Of a stretch of DNA of 36,557 nucleotides, positions 1 to 5,320 are shown in pieces. The DNA is from a virus. A program made the translations under genes and the position numbers. Every line of letters starts with the position of its first letter. Position 1 is the stretch's first letter. The stretch lies in the IMG/VR virus record IMGVR_UViG_3300045988_044858, positions 1 through 36,557 of that record, one strand, 5' to 3'. The notes under the pieces were generated by a model. The model did no database searches and was not told where the DNA came from. It was given only the letters and a program-made list of their open reading frames with translations.

Positions 1-55
1 TAGACTGATGGTTCTTGAAAGAGGACAACTCGTCCAGTACTAACATGTCGTACGG
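1..55. repeat. 55-bp exact terminal direct repeat, copy 1 (identical to 36503-36557). Most likely a circular-assembly overlap.
   Basis: tagactgatggttcttgaaagaggacaactcgtccagtactaacatgtcgtacgg is present at both window ends. The SNF2 reading frame is continuous across the junction. Confidence 0.95.
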
Positions 56-421
56 TACCTTAGACCCGCCCCACATTTGCAGAAGCCAGACAAGGTTGTC
101 ACGGCTCACTGTGTAAACGTCCGCGTCTGCCCGTGCTGCGATCTCGCGTTGTTTGGCGGTGCCTTTTATCACTGACAAACGTAGATGCCGGATATGCGAC
201 CAGTTCTCAATCTCATCGCCCCAAGTCATTTCGGCGACGCGCTTTGGCGCTACTATCAGCACCTTAGTAACTTCGAACTCGTTTATAAGATCGGCGACGG
301 CCGTTAGCGTGCTCACCGTCTTTCCCAGTCCCATATCGAGAAACAGAGCCGCGTCCGGGTGTTCCTTAATATGCTCGACGGCGGTACGCTGATAGCCGTG
401 TAAATTACTCCTCTGTAACAT
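1..421 (-). CDS. SNF2-family helicase, N-terminal part. The gene wraps the circle and continues at 36502 down to 35550, about 457 aa in total.
   Basis: My own reverse-strand translation from the ATG at 421-419 reads MLQRSNLHGYQRTAVEHIKEHPDAALFLDMGLGKTVSTLTAVADLINEF...VPYDMLVLDELSSFKN. It contains Walker A GLGKT and motif II DELS. It is absent from the ORF track because it runs off the window edge. Confidence 0.88.
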   Translation of the reverse strand, partial: MLQRSNLHGYQRTAVEHIKEHPDAALFLDMGLGKTVSTLTAVADLINEFEVTKVLIVAPKRVAEMTWGDEIENWSHIRHLRLSVIKGTAKQREIAARADADVYTVSRDNLVWLLQMWGGSKVPYDMLVLDELSSFKNHQS

Positions 422-623
422 TGTTAGCCATTAATTTAAATATCACATTCTTCTCCTCATCCCCTACTACTGAAACACATTGAAATTCAGGGATATCAGC
501 CGCGGCGCACATCGGGGTGTTCATGTTCCAACCAACGGTATAAAATATGCAGCCTTCGCACGCTACGTTCTCGTCTACCTCCACCGCGGCGTATGTACGC
601 CCGTCTACTCTTATTGTTTTCAT
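405..623 (-). CDS. small 4-Cys protein (zinc-ribbon-like), paralogue of 34398-34601
   Basis: 72-aa ORF. Both copies share the pattern G-x-TY...C-x-GC-x-F...C...C...N-[VI]-IFK. It overlaps the SNF2 start by 17 nt. Confidence 0.65.
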   Translation of the reverse strand: MKTIRVDGRTYAAVEVDENVACEGCIFYTVGWNMNTPMCAAADIPEFQCVSVVGDEEKNVIFKLMANNVTEE

Positions 624-1099
624 AATCTTATAAATTTTCCTTTTAGTTCATTACATTCTAATATATTCGCGTCCTCTTCACCGTACGCGATTAATACGCT
701 ACCGCATCCGGGCGTCCCGGCTTCTGTACCGTCAGGCCTTAGAAACTTGATTCTACCTTTGAGGAACTTAACGGCGGTTGCCTTGTTGAACACTTCCGTG
801 TGAAATAGTTCCGTGTCGGTCCTTGAAAAGATTAGGGCCGTCCCCCGGTTGTGCTCTGCTATCCGGCGCATAAACTTATTTATCAGCGGTCGGGAATAAG
901 GTGGGTTAAGCCACACACGCCCCTCCCATTTTTGCGCTAGTCCGTCGTCGAATTCGTTATACATCACTTCGGCGGTTTTGAATAGCGGTACGCTCGGTGC
1001 GCACGGGTCTAAATCGAATTTGCCTAAACTGTCTATAATGAATTTTGGTGTGTACCACTCATCAGAGTATGAACTAGATTTTTTGAATCCCTCACTCAT
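620..1099 (-). CDS. phage Dam-type DNA N6-adenine methyltransferase
   Basis: 159 aa with DEWYTP near the N-terminus, FDLDPCA, the catalytic WLNPPYS (NPPY) motif and GRIKF. This arrangement is typical of the small phage N6A-methyltransferase family. Confidence 0.85.
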   Translation of the reverse strand: MSEGFKKSSSYSDEWYTPKFIIDSLGKFDLDPCAPSVPLFKTAEVMYNEFDDGLAQKWEGRVWLNPPYSRPLINKFMRRIAEHNRGTALIFSRTDTELFHTEVFNKATAVKFLKGRIKFLRPDGTEAGTPGCGSVLIAYGEEDANILECNELKGKFIRL

Positions 1100-1524
1100 A
1101 GCCCTAAATCCTTTTTATATAACATATCGTAAATATCATCCAGCGTGTACCGTTCCGGGAAACACCTAAGGACCTCGGCGATTACGTCCAGTATATCGGG
1201 GAACTTTGATTTTATACCCAGCAAGTCCTTCATGGCTTCCGCTCTGTTGGCGTTAAACACTTCCTCCTTGTAAACCTCGGCCACTGTGTCGGCCCCTTCG
1301 AATACCGCGCCCTCGCCTTTATGAAGTTCCCGGCGGCTGTACTCCCTTCTTAGTATTACGTCCGGTACTTCTGATATTAAATACTGTTGCAGGTTCTCGG
1401 GTAATTGCTTGATAGCGTCTCCGATCGCGTAGCCCTCGGCGGGCGTTCCGTTCGCCATCTTCGTAACCACATCACAGAATAGATTGACGCGGTCTACCTT
1501 TAGTTTTTTGTTGAAGTCTACCAT
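1096..1524 (-). CDS. hypothetical early protein
   Basis: 142-aa ORF that overlaps the neighbouring gene by 4 nt. No motif recognised. Confidence 0.65.
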   Translation of the reverse strand: MVDFNKKLKVDRVNLFCDVVTKMANGTPAEGYAIGDAIKQLPENLQQYLISEVPDVILRREYSRRELHKGEGAVFEGADTVAEVYKEEVFNANRAEAMKDLLGIKSKFPDILDVIAEVLRCFPERYTLDDIYDMLYKKDLGL

Positions 1525-1526
1525 AA

Positions 1527-1937
1527 TTAAATACCCCCCTTAATTAAAATAAGCTCGTCAATTCTAACCGTTACGGCTTTATATCCTAGTTCGTTCGTGT
1601 ACGAGAAATCTGTATTAGCCTTAACTTCTACTATTCCGTTAGGCCTGAACGCTAAAAACCAACACGTGTAAATCGCCCCGTCTTTCTGAAAAGCTAGCTC
1701 TCTATTGGGGAGAGTATCGATAAACGTTGATAAGTCTTTGGCTTCTTCGTATCGGCGTGCAAACAGTGTGGCTCGGTCTGTCATTGCAAGGTGGAAACCT
1801 TTGTTATACAGGTGCACACTAAATTGCTTTTCGCTCTCGAAACTCTTCGTTTCGTTTCCACACTTTGCTACAATCCTGCCATTTTGGGCTTTTGTTACTT
1901 TGAGTAATTGCCCGTTGTTGTTTCTATATACTTCCAT
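1527..1937 (-). CDS. hypothetical early protein
   Basis: 136-aa ORF, tightly packed. No motif recognised. Confidence 0.65.
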   Translation of the reverse strand: MEVYRNNNGQLLKVTKAQNGRIVAKCGNETKSFESEKQFSVHLYNKGFHLAMTDRATLFARRYEEAKDLSTFIDTLPNRELAFQKDGAIYTCWFLAFRPNGIVEVKANTDFSYTNELGYKAVTVRIDELILIKGGI

Positions 1938-1941
1938 GATC

Positions 1942-2379
1942 TTATTTGTTTAGGGATTTATTAATTGCTTCTGCCATCTTCTTAAGTTCTCCGCGTGATA
2001 TATTAACCGTGAACTGATTGCCCGGGCTGAATATCTGCCAGACGCCCGCCATTTTTGGGAAACGCGCGGTATGTCCCGCCGGGTTGTTTAGGTGTACTAT
2101 CTCATTGCTACTTGATGGTTTGTACTCGGCCAGACTTAAGAGCGTCTTAACCGCCGCGTCCGCGTCGCCTAGATCGATGTCCATCTCTAGAGAACTAGTC
2201 CCGGCCAGCTGTCCGGTGATCTGGTAGGTTACCGCGTCGCCCTTCGTTACCTCTACGATCTTACAGGTTCCCAGGCGGAAAGACTTAAGCGTCTTTAGGC
2301 TCCCGCTTGCGGTTGATACTTGCGCCATTGCGCTAACTGATAATAAAACTATTGCTAAAATACTTACTAACTTTTTCAT
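1942..2379 (-). CDS. secreted or periplasmic protein with a signal peptide
   Basis: I moved the start to the internal ATG at 2379. The N-terminus MKKLVSILAIVLLSVSAMAQ is a classical signal peptide (KK, hydrophobic core, AMA-Q site) with no lipobox Cys. The longer track ORF starting at 2499 overlaps another small gene. Confidence 0.65.
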   Translation of the reverse strand: MKKLVSILAIVLLSVSAMAQVSTASGSLKTLKSFRLGTCKIVEVTKGDAVTYQITGQLAGTSSLEMDIDLGDADAAVKTLLSLAEYKPSSSNEIVHLNNPAGHTARFPKMAGVWQIFSPGNQFTVNISRGELKKMAEAINKSLNK

Positions 2380-2399
2380 GATTCTAATTTTTAAATGGT

Positions 2400-2570
2400 T
2401 TATATAACTTTGTAATATCCTGTAACTTCTGATTTTCTGATCTTTTTCTCCCTTACCAGAGATAACATTGCTTCGAAAAATTCGTTTAGGTCCGTACAAC
2501 CTGTGTACTCTAATAATAGGTGAGCTTTAAATATCCCGGCGCTCATTGCTTCTAAAAGTTTCTCTTTCAT
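2400..2570 (-). CDS. hypothetical small protein (56 aa, below the track cutoff)
   Basis: My translation is MKEKLLEAMSAGIFKAHLLLEYTGCTDLNEFFEAMLSLVREKKIRKSEVTGYYKVI. Its ATG sits the same 16 nt after the repeated hairpin cassette as the ATG of 2612-2812. Confidence 0.45.
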   Translation of the reverse strand: MKEKLLEAMSAGIFKAHLLLEYTGCTDLNEFFEAMLSLVREKKIRKSEVTGYYKVI

Positions 2571-2614
2571 ATCTTTTGGGTGTTGTGGGCGGCGTTACCC
2601 GCCCGGGTTATTTA
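2566..2614 (-). repeat. 49-bp perfect repeat, copy 1: GC hairpin plus translation-start leader
   Basis: ttcatatcttttgggtgttgtgggcggcgttacccgcccgggttattta is identical to 2808-2856. It contains the hairpin GGGCGG-N6-CCGCCC at 2587-2604. Confidence 0.9.
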
Positions 2615-2812
2615 ATAAATTTTTCCTGTTGATCCGTAAACGCCTCCGTCGTACCATCTTGCTAACTTTCCGTAGTAACCGTACTTTCTGTAGTTAGCGG
2701 TATCGTCTTTAAATAGCTTCATGGCTTCGGCTTTATTACTTGCTTGATAACTTATTCCTGTACTGTTTCCGTTGCAGTCATATACTACGTAGGTGTTATT
2801 TTGCTTATTCAT
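2612..2812 (-). CDS. hypothetical small protein
   Basis: 66-aa ORF preceded by the 49-bp hairpin cassette. Confidence 0.6.
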   Translation of the reverse strand: MNKQNNTYVVYDCNGNSTGISYQASNKAEAMKLFKDDTANYRKYGYYGKLARWYDGGVYGSTGKIY

Positions 2813-2856
2813 ATCTTTTGGGTGTTGTGGGCGGCGTTACCCGCCCGGGTTATTTA
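2808..2856 (-). repeat. 49-bp perfect repeat, copy 2
   Basis: Identical to 2566-2614, offset by 242 bp. The hairpin is at 2829-2846. Confidence 0.9.
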
Positions 2857-2857
2857 T

Positions 2858-2998
2858 TTATTTATTTATCTCTGTTATCCATTGAATACCTAACCAATCG
2901 TTAAGGTCTAAACTCTTTTGCAATCTTGCATTTTCTTTTTTAATTTCGTTAGCCTCTTGTTCGGTTATCTCTTTTCCGTTTACATAATACTTTTTCAT
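2858..2998 (-). CDS. hypothetical small protein (46 aa)
   Basis: Start moved to MKKYYVNGKE. The upstream part of the track ORF is the promoter and leader sequence shared with 5118-5165. Confidence 0.5.
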   Translation of the reverse strand: MKKYYVNGKEITEQEANEIKKENARLQKSLDLNDWLGIQWITEINK

Positions 2999-3036
2999 AT
3001 CTTTAATTTTTAATTGGTTATTTCCTTTTGACACTT

Positions 3037-3067
3037 CAAAGATACGACAACTTTTCATACTGCCAAA
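3037..3067 (-). promoter_or_regulatory. Bacteroidota-type promoter: TTTG-N19-TATCTTTG
   Basis: The minus strand reads tatatTTTGgcagtatgaaaagttgtcgTATCTTTGaagtg, about 39 nt upstream of the ATG at 2998. It matches the -33 TTTG / -7 TAnnTTTG consensus. Confidence 0.7.
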
Positions 3068-3112
3068 ATATAGGGTAAACTCTTAACTTTGATTTGTATT
3101 AAACGCTCTTAG

Positions 3113-3421
3113 TTAACGCCCGTTAACATAAAAGTCTATTAATTCCTTCAAGTCGTTGTATTCTTCCGGGTTTGACACTACACGTACGTTGAAATCTAGT
3201 GCGGCGATCCGATCCAAAATAACGCGCTGTATCGGCCTGGGTTTGCATCCCGTAGACTTGAATTCAACAAAGATAACTGTCCCGCCCGGTAACAGGTACA
3301 TCCGATCCGGAAGCCCGTTAATAAATTGGGATAGCAGCTTAACTGCCATCCCTCCTTTACTCTCGACGTACTTGGACATAGTACGCTCGAATACCTTTTC
3401 GCTAGTTTCCGTTGCTCTCAT
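3113..3421 (-). CDS. VRR-NUC domain nuclease (PD-(D/E)xK fold)
   Basis: 102 aa with GLPDRMYLLPGGTVIFVEFKSTGCKPRPIQ, matching the VRR-NUC D...E-x-K...Q pattern. VRR-NUC typically accompanies SNF2, PolA and DUF2800 in phage replication modules. Confidence 0.75.
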   Translation of the reverse strand: MRATETSEKVFERTMSKYVESKGGMAVKLLSQFINGLPDRMYLLPGGTVIFVEFKSTGCKPRPIQRVILDRIAALDFNVRVVSNPEEYNDLKELIDFYVNGR

Positions 3422-3671
3422 CCGTTGGTACGTTAATATGGAGCGAAGCCCCGTTTGCCACTTTGCACGCCCTTCGTAGTGCTACATAATTCTTCCGGGC
3501 TGTGGTTGCTTCCGTCCATGTCAGCAGGGCGCACCCTTCTATATCACCCCATTGGTCGGCCTTCTTGTCATACGCTTGTAGCTTGTACAGCCCACAAAAA
3601 TACCCTACACTCTTATCCGGTGTGATCCGGGTTGCTCCATCACGAGACTTTAATTTTCTCTTGTTACTCAT
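3402..3671 (-). CDS. hypothetical early protein
   Basis: 89-aa ORF with overlapping junctions to both neighbours. Confidence 0.6.
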   Translation of the reverse strand: MSNKRKLKSRDGATRITPDKSVGYFCGLYKLQAYDKKADQWGDIEGCALLTWTEATTARKNYVALRRACKVANGASLHINVPTDESNGN

Positions 3672-4278
3672 TACTGTATTGTTTATTTTCTTTCCATTCT
3701 TTCTTTTGTCTTATTAGTTCTTCCAGGGCTGATTCATGGCTTACCGCTATGAACTCCGATATGTTACCCGCGTAAAACATACCTTTTTTCGGTCCGGAAA
3801 ATATGCGAACAATGCACTCGTGATTATATACACTAATATCCGTTACCATTCCTAGAGTTTCCCTTCCTTCGTGATTGAAGATAACGTAACAAAACTTATT
3901 AATCGGGTTGTCGATAGTGGCTAGTTCTTTCTTTAACAGGATCATCTCTCTCATCGTGGTACGGCATGTGAGAAAATCCCTTGTTCCGTAATCGCCGAAC
4001 ATTTGGCGCATAACGTGTTTGTAGTCCTCGTAATTGCCCCACTCTTCCGGGTGGAATGGGGAGTGCGCAAACACCACTACTATCTTTTCGTCTGCATACG
4101 TGTGAACTCTCCACTCGTTCGTATTCTGAACCATCCATTCGAAAATAACGTCCAGTTGGTTACGCGTGAGACGCAAACCGTCTTCCCCCAACACCAGCAA
4201 AATAAGGTTACGAGAAACTCTCCCTTCTCTTAAGTCCCGTGTAATTTTGGCCTTTAAGCCTTGTTCTTTACTTTCCAT
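3664..4278 (-). CDS. hypothetical early protein
   Basis: 204-aa ORF. No motif recognised. Confidence 0.7.
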   Translation of the reverse strand: MESKEQGLKAKITRDLREGRVSRNLILLVLGEDGLRLTRNQLDVIFEWMVQNTNEWRVHTYADEKIVVVFAHSPFHPEEWGNYEDYKHVMRQMFGDYGTRDFLTCRTTMREMILLKKELATIDNPINKFCYVIFNHEGRETLGMVTDISVYNHECIVRIFSGPKKGMFYAGNISEFIAVSHESALEELIRQKKEWKENKQYSNE

Positions 4279-4359
4279 ACTGTAAAATTTTATAAGTTTA
4301 ATTGGGTAATACGCGGCGATCGTGATAAGTACCGCCGCTAATATAATATATATATAAAA

Positions 4360-4551
4360 TCATTTCGTTACATAAGTTAGATTAACCCGCTTAACCGTAA
4401 ATCCCATTCGGGTCTGACACTCGGCGATATACCGCCGTTCCGCTTCTAGGTCTGTTACGACATACACACCTAAACTATCCTGGACTTCTGTGTAGTCTCT
4501 TACAATAGTTCCCACTGTGGTTACTATATTAGCTCTTAGTATCTGTATCAT
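4360..4551 (-). CDS. hypothetical small protein
   Basis: 63-aa ORF. Confidence 0.55.
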   Translation of the reverse strand: MIQILRANIVTTVGTIVRDYTEVQDSLGVYVVTDLEAERRYIAECQTRMGFTVKRVNLTYVTK

Positions 4552-4556
4552 ATTTT

Positions 4557-4643
4557 TTAAATGTTAGTTGTCGGCTCGCAGCACAACAAAATGAATAATA
4601 CAAATAGGATCGCCCAAAACGTGTAAACTACAAATTGTTTCAT
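4557..4643 (-). CDS. candidate 28-aa single-pass membrane peptide
   Basis: My translation is MKQFVVYTFWAILFVLFILLCCEPTTNI. It has a TAATG overlap with the upstream stop and fills the gap to the next ATG, leaving 5 nt. Confidence 0.35.
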   Translation of the reverse strand: MKQFVVYTFWAILFVLFILLCCEPTTNI

Positions 4644-4933
4644 TATTTAAAAATTTTAAAGGTTGATATTGCATGATTAATGTCTGATTCGCTAGCGCGC
4701 CACACGGTGTACATATCATCGGTGAAACGTGTGCCCGGATCTTTTGTAGCGCGTATTTTCTTAACTTCCTCAAGGGAGGAAAAGGTTTTCAGTGCCTTAA
4801 CTAGTTTCTGCATTTTCAGAGACCAGCTTTCGATCTGTTTCCTCGTAGGCTCTCCAAAAAATCCTTTCTTGTTCCAAAAGCGGCGGCGGGCTTTTAAATC
4901 CGCCTCGCTTAGTTCTCCCGTATTCTGTTTCAT
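4643..4933 (-). CDS. hypothetical early protein
   Basis: Start taken at MKQNTGELSE (ATG at 4933), just after the upstream stop at 4938. 96 aa. Confidence 0.6.
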   Translation of the reverse strand: MKQNTGELSEADLKARRRFWNKKGFFGEPTRKQIESWSLKMQKLVKALKTFSSLEEVKKIRATKDPGTRFTDDMYTVWRASESDINHAISTFKIFK

Positions 4934-4937
4934 GATC

Positions 4938-5114
4938 TTATATTTTATCATATTCAAAAAACTTCATCATCTTCTCCGCGCCTTTAAGGGTCTTATAGGT
5001 CTTACTGGTTGTTACCGTTACGGCTATGTATTCCGTTTTACCTCCGTACACGTTAATGATAATAGCGCCTGTATTTTCTTTGCTTCCTCTTTTTACGTAA
5101 TCTATAATTTCCAT
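4938..5114 (-). CDS. hypothetical small protein (58 aa)
   Basis: Start moved to MEIIDYVKRG. The upstream part of the track ORF is the conserved promoter leader. Confidence 0.5.
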   Translation of the reverse strand: MEIIDYVKRGSKENTGAIIINVYGGKTEYIAVTVTTSKTYKTLKGAEKMMKFFEYDKI

Positions 5115-5153
5115 AACTTCTAATTTTAATTGGTTTATTTCCTTTTGACATTT

Positions 5154-5184
5154 CAAAGATACGACTTAATTATGAACTACCAAA
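5154..5184 (-). promoter_or_regulatory. Bacteroidota-type promoter: TTTG-N19-TATCTTTG
   Basis: The minus strand reads agTTTTGgtagttcataattaagtcgTATCTTTGaaatg, upstream of the ATG at 5114. The leader is shared with the 3037 promoter. Confidence 0.7.
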
Positions 5185-5212
5185 ACTTCTCTCAAAAAAC
5201 TTTAGTATATTA

Positions 5213-5250
5213 ACAAAAATAAAGTCTCGCGTATCACTACGAAAGACTTT
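5213..5250 (-). terminator. candidate rho-independent terminator after the primase-helicase gene
   Basis: The minus strand reads AAAGTCTttcgtagtgatacgcgAGACTTTatttttg: a 7-bp stem, plus 2 further bp past a bulge, followed by a T-run. Confidence 0.45.
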
Positions 5251-5320
5251 TTAACTGAAAAACCACCCTAAAAGTATTAACCTTAAAAATTAGAAAAGAA
5301 AGTATTGTTTTAATTCGGTA

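Noticed and set aside
153-392. Plus-strand ORF of 79 aa, and the other plus-strand ORFs throughout the track (for example 480-803, 5688-6194, 7389-7979, 13189-13491, 20516-20917, 30328-30861 and 34309-34839)
   Set aside because: Each lies antisense inside a minus-strand gene with recognisable motifs or tight operon packing. Their products are low-complexity and rich in Ser, Leu, Arg and Cys, as is typical of shadow frames. 153-392 is antisense to the SNF2 Walker A region.
2380-2499. N-terminal extensions of track ORFs: 2499, 3058, 5156, 34634, 14717, and the TTG start at 30206
   Set aside because: The extensions run through conserved promoter or leader sequence, or overlap the preceding gene. 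Internal ATGs give start/stop-coupled junctions (ATGA or TAATG) and sensible N-termini.
4564-4773. Minus-strand 69-aa ORF overlapping 4643-4957 in another frame. Similar alternative-frame ORFs are 3899-4138, 7894-8166, 28312-28539, 29527-29793, 31035-31217, 35644-35850 and 36139-36411.
   Set aside because: They are nested out of frame within longer genes that carry clear family motifs. Arg- and Gly-rich compositions indicate frame artefacts.
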